This document shows positions 26,123 through 39,787 of a stretch of 64,000 nt of DNA, one piece after another. The stretch is from Eledone cirrhosa (taxonomy: Eukaryota). A program made the translations under genes and the position numbers. Under the pieces are notes generated by a model. That model was not told the origin of the DNA, did no database searches, and saw nothing but the letters and a program-made list of their open reading frames with translations. The stretch spans positions 236,902,001 to 236,966,000 of the forward strand of contig OZ024742.1 in NCBI GenBank assembly GCA_964016885.1. The letters run 5' to 3'. How positions within the stretch are numbered: the stretch's first letter is position 1; each line of letters starts with the position of its first letter.

Positions 26123-26870
26123 GTAACCCATGTGAAACCACGCAGTATTCTTCTTTCATGAGAAGAAAGAAGAATACTACGTGGTTGCACATGGGTTACA
26201 TATATATATATAAATATATATATAACGAAGGAAATGTGGTAAGGAACCAGGTGGACCATAACGCACCAAAGTACTCAATACTTGGGGTAGTAGAGTGGGT
26301 AATAGGAACCAGTAAGACCCCGACGGCTGAGCTCAAGCCGTCTCGACTGTATATCTATATATAAATATATATATATATATAGATATACAGTCGGGAGTTT
26401 TATATCGAGTGATAATAATATTCGTTTGCAAGAAAACATCATTGCGCTATAGTTTTTCGACGACTATTGCCATCCTTTTGTTCTAGTGGTGGCAGAGAGA
26501 AACAACCGACAATGTTGTTTCTGTGTTATTGCCCTTTGTCAAGATTGTGTATTTCTCTCTTCTTTGTCACACACTAGAACTCTTAAGAATATATTGTATT
26601 CTCTAAACTATGCATCGATTGATTTGCCTAATTTACATACCGAGCGATTTTACCTCGAGAACAGGTCGATGTTCTGGGACCCAGAAACAATATTATTGTC
26701 AATAGAACAATCGGATGACGATAGTCGTGTAAAACACATTGCGTAATGAAGCTGTTTGCTTGCAAACGAATTGAATGTAATTATCATTCTATATAAAACT
26801 CACGAATGCATTTACATATCCGTTATGTTCGAGCGGAAACTAATTTTGTTTATACACACACGCACGTGCG

Positions 26871-27057
<187 letters not shown>

Positions 27058-27302
27058 GATAACAAATTATAGTTATAGGTAATCCAGTTAGAGGTTGTGA
27101 GTACTTTGTACTATGGATAGTTTTTAACGTGCGGCGTTGTTTGACTCAACAAGAGGTTTCCTTAGTTAGGTGGCGAGTTCACGGGAATTCCTATGCAGGT
27201 TAATCTTGGAGTAATAAGAGTGAAATAGTGAAGAATAACATGGTCAACAGTACAAAAAGGGTTTTATTTTTTGTACTGTTGACCATGTTATTCTTCACTC
27301 TT

Positions 27303-27337
<35 letters not shown>

Positions 27338-27419
27338 AGATAAATTAATGAGTATAGCTTCACACACAAATATACACACACATGTGTATGTGTGTGTGTG
27401 TGTAATACTAAGGAACCAA

Positions 27420-27830
27420 TCCACAGGAAACATTTGAATTGTAACTGCAGGAAACCAGACAAATGGCCCCTGCAAAATAAATGTATATGTGAGAATATAA
27501 TATACCAGTACGAGATTAAAGTGAATAACCAAAAATTCAGGTATATAGGAGAAACATCCAACTTTTTTATGAAGAGATGGTATGTACACACACACTCGTT
27601 TGAAAACCTTAAACTTAGAAACTCATCTGCCTTAGCTGATAAAATTTGGGAATTAATAAAATCCCCAAAAGTACGAAATTTCTTCGTCTTTCCTGGGATT
27701 TGCCCGTCAGTATCAACAAAATACAGGTCATATTCGTACACTTGAAGTTTACCATATAATAACCGGTACAAAATTAGTACATACTAGACAGGAACGAATT
27801 TTTAATTGCAGACACAAACAACTTAAAACC
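27420..27830 (+). mobile_element. PLE GIY-YIG endonuclease fragment
   Basis: CNCRKPDKWPLQNKC..NIIYQY..RYIGETS..KRWYVH. Confidence 0.85.
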
Positions 27831-28067
27831 TTTTCTTACTATAATCCTGATTAACATGAGATTTGATCCTACTACCTTTTCACTTATTTCTCTAATATAC
27901 CAAGGTAACTTTATTATAACTTTATTATGGTTATATCTTTGCTAGCCGATTCTCGACCTCTTTGAAGTAATGCCGGCTGTAAAAGACCATATAATTGTCA
28001 AATTGATATATGTACATTGAACAATATTATTATCAATATCATTATCATTAGCATCATCATTATTATT

Positions 28068-28760
28068 TATCGGTAGAGGGTCGGACGCTATGCTTTTCAA
28101 CATAGAGTTATGCCCCTTTACGGTCGGAGTTCAAATCCCGCCTAGGTTAACTTTGCTTTTCATCCTTGCGCGGTCGATAAAATAAAGTACCAGTAATACA
28201 CTGGGGTCGATTTAATCGACATTCCCCTCCCCCAAACATGCTGGCCTTCTGCCTATATAAGAAACCATTATTATTATTATTATTAGGGCGGTGGATTGGC
28301 AGTATCGGTAGAGGGTTTGACGCCATGCTTTCCAGCATAGTTACGTCCCTTTATGATCTGAGTTCAAATCCCGCCGAGGTTGACTTTGCCTTTCATCCTT
28401 ACGGGGTCGATAAAATAAAGTACCAGTAATGCACTGGGTAATTGCTGGCCTTGTGCCTAAAGTAGAAACAATTATTATTATTATTATTATTGGCGGTGAA
28501 TTGGCAGTATTGGTAGAGGGTTGGACGCCATGCTTTCTAGCATAGTTACGTCCCTTTACAGTCTGAGTTCAAATCCCGCCGAGGTTAACTTTGCCTTTCA
28601 TCCTTACGGGGTCGATAAAATAAAGTACCAGTAATACACTGGGATAATTGCTGGCCTTGTGCCTAAAGTAGAAACAATTATTATTATTATTGGCAGTATC
28701 GGTAGAGCGTCAGACACTATGGTTTGCAGCATAGGAGTTATGGCCCTTTACGTTCTGAGC
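28068..28760 (+). mobile_element. Three tandem ~190-bp Nin-domain-like SINEs with (TTA)n tails plus a partial fourth
   Basis: gagttcaaatccc B-box; ttgcctttcatccttacggggtcgataaaataaagtaccag body. Confidence 0.9.
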
Positions 28761-28769
28761 TTCCAAAAA

Positions 28770-29860
28770 GGTAGCGTTAGAGAAAAATAGAAAAGAGGGG
28801 GAGCTAGGAGCTAAATTAGACGAGGCTAATTGTAGTGGCATTGCAACCGACGTGCTAGCGGTGAGAATGGCATTAGACCATTTCTTCAATGCGAAACACG
28901 AAGACTGCTTTGTTAGAGCTAAGGCGCGTACTCTGAGAAAGGGGAGAACAAAAGGTGTTAGATGGGCCAACGTGGAAAAGATACAGCGTGATAACAAAAT
29001 CACAATTCTTTCTTTGAGGAACCGAGACGGAGGTGAGCTGAACGATTCTAGGCAGATATGTGAGGCCTTTCATCAACACTTTGCTCGGCTGTTCGGTGGA
29101 AGTGGTGGATTCAGTCCCTACCTCAATGGCCTACCGCACCTCATGATGGCCGATGCTGAACACTGCAAAAGGCCGATAACTTCGGCCGAAATTCCCGATG
29201 CCCCAGTCGGCTGCACGAGGCGCATGTCACCCGAGCTTTACGTAGATATGCCAGACTTGTTCTCCGATCTCCTTGAATCGCTCTAATGTAACTGGCAACA
29301 GAAAAGGAATATTACCAGTTCTGTTAGCCGGGGCGTAGTGACGCTGATGAGGAGAGACGAGAACAAGAAGGAGGATTCGTTAGACCAGTGCTACTTAAAG
29401 TGGTGGTCTGCGGACCGGTGCCGGTACGCAAGCCATCAGCTACCGGTACGCGGCCAGTGTCCAGGCCATGCTAAGGAATCATTTGAGGAATTTTTTTTAT
29501 TACTTTTTTATGTTTTGATATTGTATTATTTGTTTACAAAATAAATAGAAGATAAAAAAATGGTCAACTATTATTATATTCATTATATATATCATTTCCT
29601 GTATAAATAAATATTACTACGAAATATTAGCGGTACGTGGCACATTGAAAAAAAAAATGCCGGTCCGCCACATCAGATAGTTTGAGAAGCATTGCGTTAG
29701 ACAACCTCAAGCCCATAACTCTGCTGAACGCAGAGTTTAAGATTTTGGCCAAGGTGTTAGCGAAGAGGTTGGCGCTTGTCATCGAGGGTTTGTTAGGGAA
29801 GGCGCAAACTTGCGTAATCCCAACGAGGTCCATACACGACAACCGCCACCTCATGCGATA
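28770..29860 (+). mobile_element. L1/Tx1-like ORF2 fragment split by a hAT MITE
   Basis: NLKPITLLNAEFKILAKVLAKRL..AQT..IP.RSIHDN after the MITE; ORF 28852..29286 before it. Confidence 0.75.
29386..29694. mobile_element. hAT (Charlie-like) MITE
   Basis: TIRs cagtgctacttaaa / tttgagaagcattg; exact 8-bp TSD cgttagac at 29378-29385 and 29695-29702. Confidence 0.9.
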
Positions 29861-30022
29861 GTTTATTTTAGCATCGTCATGGAAACAGGAATATCTGTAA
29901 GCATGTTCTGTTGATGTAATAAATTACTGTGTAGCACAACTACTTCCTTCGATTGAGTGCTCTACTAGCTTCGCATATTCATTTCGAAATTCAGTTGCAC
30001 TACACACGCACACACACACACA

Positions 30023-30074
<52 letters not shown>

Positions 30075-30905
30075 TAAGGCAAAAGTCCATGTATGCGTCT
30101 ATGGATCTTTACTATGTTTGCGTGATGTGTGGCTTCTCAACTTTGGGTTATGTATTCATAGTATATTTCATGTAATGGTGTGTATTTATGACCTATTTAA
30201 TGCGTTTTATGAATTTGTGTGTGTATATCTGTATAGATTTATATGTCTCGTAATGTTTTTGTACATATATGGATGCACTCATGCACGCTCCTGCGTGTTT
30301 TATACATGGAAGACTTGGCTTTGTACCTGTGTATATATGACTACTATAACTCTAATTGTTCTAATTATTACAACACATTTCCCCTCAGCCTATTTCCCTT
30401 CCCAACCACTCCTAAATCCAATAATTCGCTCAACCTGACTCGGCTACAAAACCTTCACCACCCCCTTCCCACCACTTCACTCTCTTCCACATTTCTCTAC
30501 TCACACTACTTCTCATTCCCCATACACTCACTATTTCCCACTTTGCCTTTTTCTTCATATTATTTCTTCATTTCTCATTTAGTTTTTAGACACTCCGATA
30601 TTAGCGTTTCTATACATACATACATAGCTATATACATACATACAGGCATATATACTTACACACATTTTGCATCTAATAACTGCATATGCACATGTATAGA
30701 TACAAAGCATATACACATGCACACATACAACTCAAAATATACACATCCACACATACAATAACATCCATATCTACACATGCATGCAGACATGCATACATAA
30801 TCTACCTAGTTGATGTGTAAATTCCAATGAGAGAGTCTTGGTCTATGTTAGAAACCGACTCACTGTCTATTGGGAAAAGATTTGTGAAATTATAAAACCA
30901 GAAGA

Positions 30906-31008
<103 letters not shown>

Positions 31009-31089
31009 ATAATCCCGGCCACGACACCAACTGGTTTCGGCTTGTGTCTGTATATATATATATATAGAGAGAAAGGCTAATACAGAAGA

Positions 31090-31107
31090 AGAAAATAGAG
31101 ACAGAGG

Positions 31108-31161
<54 letters not shown>

Positions 31162-31206
31162 TATATATATATATATTTATATATATATATACATATATAT
31201 ATATAC

Positions 31207-31253
<47 letters not shown>

Positions 31254-31266
31254 CATATATATATAC

Positions 31267-31330
<64 letters not shown>

Positions 31331-31369
31331 TCATATATATATATATATATTCATATATATATATATTCA

Positions 31370-31401
<32 letters not shown>

Positions 31402-31402
31402 C

Positions 31403-31489
<87 letters not shown>

Positions 31490-31490
31490 C

Positions 31491-31541
<51 letters not shown>

Positions 31542-31556
31542 CATATATATATATAC

Positions 31557-31640
<84 letters not shown>
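31090..31640. repeat. Long interrupted (TA)n microsatellite
   Basis: Direct reading; similar tracts at 37515-37740, 40610-40795, 53365-53940, 60020-60245. Confidence 0.95.
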
Positions 31641-31642
<2 letters not shown>

Positions 31643-33939
31643 TTCTCTGTTCAAGAGTAACTGTTCGAAACGTTGATTTTCGCTCTTCATGGGAAATTAC
31701 CTCAGAGAAATTTACTTTCTTCTACGCACTTTTGAAATGTATTATATTTTGGGAGTGGTTATTATTTCACGCCAGCTTTAATAATTACATAGTGAACTTG
31801 TACTGTCAGTAACGAAGAAAATAACGTGGAACGTTTTGAAGTTTTGGAATCCAGGATTGGTGTGTCACATATACCAGATTAACGGATATATGAACAACCA
31901 TAAAAAGTTGGAAATTTGCGCTTTGATAACTTAATGGTTTGCATAAGAAAAATTCTTTAGATTATGTTGATTACTGATGCATGGAAGAGATTAAAGATAA
32001 GAACTTATATTTTAGTAATTCATTTCTAGTATATGTGACAGTGGATCGACTTTCGGCTAATCGGACCGAAGAAACAATGTTTCCGCTGGTCTTTCCGATT
32101 GCTAATACTATCTATCGGTCGCAACTCCAGGTAGAAGGAGCAACGTGAAATAAAGTGCCTTTCTCAAGGACATAAGGCATCGCCCGGTCCAGGAACGAAC
32201 TCGCAACCTCGCGATTGCAAATGCAATTCTCTAAAACTCAGCCACGCGCCTTCACTTATAGTATATAATTACATAAATATTCAGCATATATTTACTTATG
32301 ACACGTATGAGTAACTTAGGAGAAATAACCATTTACATGGACAAATGTATGAGAAGAACCCATTCCTTGTGACCTTGTAATAAGAAAACAAACTTCTTAT
32401 TGAAGCAAAGGACCCAAATGCATTGTGTGCGTGCATTCGTGTTTATGTGTTTTTGCATATAAATTTTAAAACGTTACAGACACACATGGTGTATTATATG
32501 GTTGATTAGAGAATTAGTTTATTAATCAATAGATAAATTTTTATGTCAATGTAAATTCGTCACAGCCTGTGACCTTATCGATGACTGTTTTCTCAAGCAG
32601 CTTGTCCTTATCACCATTTATTTCATGCCTCCTAGAACTTTGACTTTTAGATAAATTTGTCCTTAAAAAAATTATCAAAAATTTATTATATAATATTTTT
32701 TAATGCGAATAAATTCTTCTGAAATGATTTATGCTTTATTTCGTGTTTTATGAAAAGTACGGTGGTGAGAATTGTGCATAAAGTACCGGCATGTATAGCC
32801 GCGACTTTGGAAAATCGTATAAGGAAAGTTGTAAAATAAGTTTGGGAATTAGTGCTATATTGTATTGTAGGGTGCTGCAGTTGTTGTTTACTGTTGAATT
32901 GGTTCTGACGGACCAAACTTATGATGAAAATTGTTCAAGCTGTGACCATTATGTGACATAATATATCAACTAATGTGTCCTTCACATGCTAAGATGTTTG
33001 TATGTGTATGGTTTAAAGTGAAAATTGGTTGCTATTTCTACCACGTCGAACAGCCACATATAAGTGCTTATGTCTGCTTTTAGGCATAGTGCATGCTTGG
33101 ATTAGTGTGTTTTTATTTATTGCTTTAAAAGTCAAGTATGTGAACTGAAGGAAATTTTACTGATATGTAGCGGAACCCCAGAAATATTGCGTGGAAGTTT
33201 AGAGTTTCTTGGAACCCACCCTAGAAAACATTGTATTACACTACCACTAAACTACCACTACACTGCACTATACTATCACTACATATCAATATTCTGATCT
33301 ACACTACCACTACACTACAAACACACTACCACTACACCACAAACACACTACCATTAGGCTACAGTACTGTGAACCACAGAGCAATATTTCTGCACCACAA
33401 AACTCTAAATAAGAAACGTATTATGATACATAAGTACATCCAAACGTGAATATTTCCTTTAAATATAATAGATGCTTTCATAGAGTAGCCAGAAAGAACA
33501 ATAGAATAAATTGAAATATATCGATGCTTTATGTGGTAGGTTGTATTTAGTGTGACTTAACTTTGATTTCATAAGCAAACGGCAGACACAGCCCCCGGCT
33601 AAAGAGATAAATAAAGAGATGAGATAGAATATGAAGAAAGATTTTTCTATTGTTATTTTTTTTTTTTTTTCGTGATTTCATATTATCATCATCACTGTCA
33701 TATCATCAGCAGCAGCAGCATCACATTACGTACACTTTTTTCCTATGTTTATATGGATTAGACGTGTCTTTTCCAGCAGTTTCTTGCCACTCGTTACATT
33801 CTTTCGTAATTCCCATTGTGAAATTCAGCGATTTTTATATCAGATCTTACCCCTTCCACACATGTAATGTTGGTGGTGGTGGTGGTCTTCTTCTTCTTCT
33901 TCTTCTTCTTTACAATAATAATAATAATAATCATAATAA

Positions 33940-34130
33940 TAATTGTTTCTACTTTTGGCACAAGGCCAGCAATTACCCAGTGCATTACTGGTACTTTATT
34001 TTATCGACCCCGTAAGGATGAAAGGCAAAGTTAACCTCAGCGGGATTTGAACTCAGAATGGTAAGGGCCGTAACTCTATGCGTCAAAGCATGGCGTCCGA
34101 CCCTCTACCGATACTGCCAATCCACCACCC

Positions 34131-34170
<40 letters not shown>

Positions 34171-34315
34171 GTATCTTATATAGGCACAAGGCCAGCAATT
34201 TTGAGGGAGGAGAAATTCGATTAAATCGACCCCAGTGCGTGACTGGTACTTTATTTTATCGACCCCGTAAGGATGAAAGGCAAAGGTAACCTCGGCGGGA
34301 TTTGAATTCAGACAG
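33940..34315 (-). mobile_element. Two Nin-domain-like SINE copies
   Basis: Reverse complement of the 28.3 kb SINE. Confidence 0.9.
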
Positions 34316-35011
34316 TTAAGATGAAGATGATGATCAAGAAGATGATGAAATAAGAAAAGAAAGATAATCAATGAAATGATAAAAGGCAATGAAGGGTGAA
34401 GCTGTGTATGCAAGCGAATATCTGATAATTTATTGCTGAAATTGTCCTGCGGGGGGAGTGAGGAAATGGCGGTTTCTGGTTGGGATGTTAGCGAAAATAA
34501 CAAGTAATGGTAGTGACCCTGCAGAACCAGATTCAGTCAGCTTCAGGAAATTTCACCTTATAGCAGTGATGAAGCTCGATCATGATGATTCTTCTAATTA
34601 GCTTATTGATTTGTTTCGATATTTAAGTGGTAGGCTAACAAAAATGAACGACCTTAATTGATTGTTACAATCAAATTAGACGGAAAAAAAAACCGAAGGT
34701 AAATAAAAAGTAAAAACAAAAAATACAAATAAAACAATCAACAAATGAAGAACAAAGAATAAATAAGATAAATAACTGAAAAGCCAAAAAAATATCGTAA
34801 ATGTTGAAAGTTATCAGTAACTAAGTTAACTCGTGTTAACTAAACTAAATTAGAATTGACGTGAGTGATCACACATATATTTAAATACTCTCATCAGCTT
34901 TTAGACTGCCTTTGGTTTCGATTTAAATAAAAGTATCACGTAAAATAAACGGCTCGTACAACGGAGAAATAATGCACTCGCGTTTCAAACTCGATATTCG
35001 AGATAACTTTG

Positions 35012-35086
<75 letters not shown>

Positions 35087-35089
35087 AAG

Positions 35090-35138
35090 GCTTCTACAGG
35101 ACTAGAACTGTTTCATTCGGTAGAAATCATCAGGAAGC
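35090..35138 (-). ncRNA. Type I hammerhead motif
   Basis: gcttc-CTGATGA-t ttc tacc gaa t-GAAA-cag..ctg-TA-gaagc. Confidence 0.8.
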
Positions 35139-35648
35139 AGCTATCCAAGTAATATGGTGGTATTTATATCTTTTCTGGTGATTGGGATGGGTGGAGGTCA
35201 TTGGTTGATGGGTTTTAAGAAAAGGGAATTCTTTAAGAACTATATTTACAATAACAAAGGCAGAAATAATTCTATAGACTCTGGGGATGCCACTCTTGAT
35301 TTTTTAGGTTCACTTAAACTAACAATGGATTTGGTCAGATGTCTACAAGCACGTTCACACACACACACACATATATATATATTAGAAAAAGGAACTAAGG
35401 TTCTTTACAAAACAGTGGATATAGAGAAAAGGTGAAGTTGGAAATAGCACGGAAAATATATTTAAGGGTCTGTTTTTCTTTTTGATTCGTCAAAGTGACA
35501 TTATTGAAGAAATAACATTATTGTAAAAATGAGAGGGACAATTCTCCCCCCCCCCCTCTCTCTCTCTATATATATATATGATTGAAAATGGCGTGCTGCG
35601 TTGTTGCAAATATGAACATATGAATGAAAATAGATCGAGAAACATGAA

Positions 35649-35752
35649 TGTCCATCATCAGTAGTCTGCTGATTATCATTGGTATTTCTTCGCATTAAAG
35701 ACTAGATACCTAAAATCAGTGCGAGCGATAACTAAATTGAGTTATCGGGACA
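35649..35752 (-). ncRNA. Permuted hammerhead-like motif, copy 2
   Basis: TGTCC hairpin TCGCA..AGGTA-TC-TAGTCT..TGCGAA-GAAA-TACC..AGACTA-CTGATGA-T-GGACA. Confidence 0.6.
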
Positions 35753-36097
35753 GAGGAAAGTAAACAGACAACATGGTAGTAATGCAACGTAAAGAGAGAG
35801 ACAAGTCAATGAATCTTGTGGACTTAAGTCCGAACACATCAAATGACGAGAAGAGGCAGACATGTCCGAGCCACCCGAAAAGTGAGAGAGAAAAGAATTT
35901 CACACAGGTCAGACGGGAGGATGTGAGAGAGGGGGAGTAGCAGAGAGTGAGTGAGTGAAAGTGTGAGGAGGAGGCCAGCCGAGAGTGTGTGACCAGCAGC
36001 GGGGGTGAAAGAAAGCAAGAGGTAAAGGAGAGAGAAGTGGGAGAGAGAAAGAGGATAGCAGTAAGGTGGCAGAAAAAATACGAACCACAGCGAAGGG

Positions 36098-36173
36098 TCG
36101 CACTGATTTTAGGTATCTAGTCTTTAATGCGAAGAAATACCAATGATAATCAGCAGACTACTGATGATGGACA
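36098..36173 (+). ncRNA. Inverted duplicate of permuted motif copy 2, lacking its 5'-most strand
   Basis: 36098-36205 is the reverse complement of ~35617-35724. Confidence 0.55.
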
Positions 36174-36209
36174 TTCATGTTTCTCGATCTATTTTCATTT
36201 ATATGTATA

Positions 36210-36455
36210 TCCAAAATTAATTTAATTAAATTAAATTAAGGGAGTCATGTCTGAGACATGCGCCATATCCACCGTAGAATAAGCTCAAAGATTCCAATGA
36301 ATAGATCCGAGCATTTTATATCAACTAGAAATTGATTGACATATATATTTACAATAAACACATGATCACATGGGATAATTTGTAAAGCGTGTAATCACAC
36401 ATAGCTAGGTAGGTAACTAATTAAAGTTTAACTTAACTAGAGCTTCAAATATTAC
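36210..36455. repeat. Dispersed repeat shared with fold-back element at 60245-60750
   Basis: gatccgagcattttatatcaactagaaattgattgac..gctaggtaggtaactaa shared. Confidence 0.8.
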
Positions 36456-36491
36456 CTTTTAAAAATATATATATATGTGTGTCTGTGAATG

Positions 36492-36528
<37 letters not shown>

Positions 36529-36529
36529 T

Positions 36530-36584
<55 letters not shown>

Positions 36585-36585
36585 T

Positions 36586-36617
<32 letters not shown>

Positions 36618-36647
36618 TTTTAAAATATTCACTGTACTCACTATGGT

Positions 36648-36736
36648 TACCTGTACCGAATCGGTTTCGAGTCTCAAAAATAAATGGACAGTACTTGCGG
36701 CCTTCCATTGAAAAGATAAACTCTCGTCAGAAGGTT
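36648..36736 (-). ncRNA. Hammerhead motif, inverted copy of 37045-37131 with a stem I mismatch
   Basis: Part of inverted repeat 36612-36739 / 37041-37166. Confidence 0.6.
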
Positions 36737-37044
36737 CTTATTAACCTGCCATTGAACCACATTGGCATATGGTTGGACAATACATGTGTACCTAGACGCT
36801 TTTTGCGTGTAGGGATATATACTTTATTATTATTATTCTCCTCTTGGTCGAGATAAAATTTGGTCGTTCTGACTGCTGCTATTTATAGTGGTAGTAGACT
36901 GACCTCCCTGCCTCTGCTTCTATCTTTACACACGGCACTGGACAGAATTGCTTCCACATCATTCACTCTCATCTCGGGAACAATTTTGAATAGCGCCAGT
37001 TCGTAATTTGAACTCGGGAATTTTATATTCTGCGGGTGAAAAGA

Positions 37045-37131
37045 ACCTTCTGACGAGAGTTTATCTTTTCAATGGAAGGCCGCAAGGACTGTCCATTTAT
37101 TTTTGAGACTCGAAACCGATTCGGTAAAGGT
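37045..37131 (+). ncRNA. Type I hammerhead with long structured stem II
   Basis: acctt-CTGACGA-gagt..actc-GAAA-ccg att cgg-TA-aaggt; GCAA-capped hairpin in stem II. Confidence 0.8.
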
Positions 37132-37310
37132 AACCATAGTGAGTACAGTGAATATTTTAAAATTTATTTTGAAACTTTTTCTTATTTGCTAAACCTTGAT
37201 TATATATGTTCTGGCTCGTTAATTTATTAACCTACCATTGAACCACATTGGCATATGGATGGACAATACAAGTGTCCCTAGACGATTTTTGCGCGTAGGG
37301 ATATATACTT

Positions 37311-37355
<45 letters not shown>

Positions 37356-37510
37356 GAAATATAAGGTTTCACCGTATTTTTGACTAAAGAAATGTTTAGC
37401 CTGATAGCGGGGTTTAGAACCCTCGGAGAAAGGGAAAAAGATGAGTCTTGACGTACATGGGAGTCGAACCCACATCTTTGGTTATCCAGACCACTGTGCT
37501 ACCATTACAC

Positions 37511-37741
<231 letters not shown>

Positions 37742-37751
37742 AACCAGTAAG

Positions 37752-37842
37752 ACCCCGACAGCTGAGCTCAAGCCGTTTCGACGGCTAATTCTGGACTAAA
37801 TTAAAATTTATCCTGGTTTAAATAGCCGATCTTCTCAAGGGC
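37752..37842 (-). ncRNA. Hammerhead motif with U3-A8 core in PLE 3' UTR
   Basis: Mirror copy of 40358-40451. Confidence 0.65.
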
Positions 37843-38938
37843 TAATTCCATATATGGTCAAAGTGATTGTCAAAAATCAGTAGTAATTCTGTGGTTGCAG
37901 ATTAGTAGGGGAGATGGTGGCTAAACCTGCCAGTAGGAGAAAGAGGGGAGGGGGTGGAGTAGACCCAATCAAGCGTTGGTAGTGCCAGCTACAGCTGGGC
38001 ATGAGGTCAAAGAAGATACAGGGGAGGGGGAGGGGGAGGAAGTCGGAACGGTAGGTAGAACAATGGGGGGTAGAAATATAGGAAAGAAAAAATACTGAGA
38101 GTGAAAAAAGCAAATAAGTGTAAAGAAAAAAGTAAAGTAAATTAAATTCTACGACCTAGGTCTCAGGCTATTGTTAGGCTAGAATAAAATAAATAAAGAA
38201 AGAAAGAAGTAAAGAAATAAATAAATAAAGAAATAACGAAATAAGTAAAAGAACTAGGTGGGACGGGATAGGCAGGGACCCTCTTAAGAGGTATAAGTAC
38301 GTAAATGATACGGTGACGGGTCAACAAAAGGGGCAAAAATACTAAAGAGACTACCACGAAATAAACAATAAAGGTTTCCATCCCGGGCCAGCAACGACCC
38401 AGTGCAACAAAGTGAACTTGTACGAGATAATAATTCTGAGTCCCGAGAAAAATATATACTAATGCTAACTCTAAAAGATCTAAAACAAGCTACATGAAAG
38501 TTCGTACGAAATAAAGGTAGAATACGGAGAAATAAATTCAGAATCCACCCCGCCCAGAAGAAAAGCGAAGCAAGAAATACTGAAACGAAAAAATAAGGCA
38601 TAGGTGCCACTAAGAAATATAGAGGGCACAGAGAATAGTGCGAGCGGTCAGAAAAAGGGGGCAAGTATCCGGGGTCTAAGCCAACTGCTATAAAGGGCGG
38701 AGTCCGCCAAATCTATCATAGATTAGGGGAGGGGGTGGTGGGGGTACTAAGGCTACATGGGGCCAAAGGGCAGCCTCGGGTGGGCGAGAAAAGACGCCGA
38801 CAAAGGAGAAGAGCTGGGGTAGAAGGACTAAGGAGAGAGGGGGGAAGGAAATAAAGGAAGCGATAAAAGAATACAAAGAAGATCTTACGTCTCCTTGGCA
38901 AGCAGGGGTTACCCATTGCAAAATCGGCAAGTGGGGTG

Positions 38939-39787
38939 TTATAGCCCTAGTCTACCCCCCCCCCCCCCCGGGTCATTATGGGGTTTGAGGGCGAGGTAAG
39001 TCCTACGCAATCTATGTTTACATGCAGTGACCAGTTCATCTTTCTTGTTTAGGAGTTGGTCCGTCGAAAACAGCATTTGTAAAGTTTCCTCCGAGCATAA
39101 ATTGCACGGACGGCGTCCTCCCGTGTAAGAATTGGCTCTGGACAGTAATCTCCAAGTGAGATCATAGGTGATGTTGTTGTCCTTGAGGTCCCATATGTGG
39201 CCCGAAAGTGTAGTGGCGTGACGCCGGGCCGGGTTTCGGAAGGTATGTCTATGTTGGTATAGCCGGGTCTTGAAGTCACATGCGGTAAGTCCTATATAGG
39301 CTTTGTTGGAGGTATCCGTCCTCACGTTGCACTGGTAGATCACATTACGGTCTCTGCATCTATTGTCGAGTGGGCAAATAGATCTATCCGGGCAGTTACA
39401 CCTCCTGGTCGGTTCTCCACTGCTATTTAGGTTATTTCTGCCATCGGGGTTGAGTTTTTTGTTGTTAGAGGAGACGATGTTTTGTGCGAAGTTTGGTGTA
39501 GTGCTGTAAGAGAGTTTGATGGTATTTTTGTTAATTATGTTGTGGTAGCGGTGTTGTAATGGGAAGTGTTTTTCAATGAGCCTAAAGAATAGTTTCCCGA
39601 TGGGAGTTATCACCTCTGCGTTGTGGGGAGGATTGAACCATGTTACATTGCGTGAGCGGCGGTGTCTCCTGCTGGTTCCGCTAATGGGAGCTGGACAGTA
39701 GGATATTTCCTCCCGGAAACCACTCCGCTTGAGGGCCTGGTTGTAATAAGGCGCATATTCATCGAATATCCGCTCATTAGCTGACAA
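38939..39787 (-). CDS. PLE RT thumb/linker + GIY-YIG endonuclease, truncated; homology continues to ~39891 past a stop
   Basis: WFNPP, IKLSYS, CNC..CPL..C, NVIYQC..AYIGLT..FKTR..QH, CNLC.EE. Confidence 0.9.
   Translation of the reverse strand: MSANERIFDEYAPYYNQALKRSGFREEISYCPAPISGTSRRHRRSRNVTWFNPPHNAEVITPIGKLFFRLIEKHFPLQHRYHNIINKNTIKLSYSTTPNFAQNIVSSNNKKLNPDGRNNLNSSGEPTRRCNCPDRSICPLDNRCRDRNVIYQCNVRTDTSNKAYIGLTACDFKTRLYQHRHTFRNPARRHATTLSGHIWDLKDNNITYDLTWRLLSRANSYTGGRRPCNLCSEETLQMLFSTDQLLNKKDELVTACKHRLRRTYLALKPHNDPGGGGGRLGL

Noticed and set aside
29345-29365. CTGATGA as hammerhead core
   Set aside because: Inside LINE coding remnant; no GAAA or flanking stems
31640-31710. Other hammerhead-like remnants (also ~15465, ~23515, ~26670, ~30825, ~31030)
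   Set aside because: Core mismatches without compensation or missing strands; too degenerate to call
34855-34990. Minus-strand CTGATGA with two nearby GAAA
   Set aside because: Could not build consistent stems I-III; possibly a decayed motif
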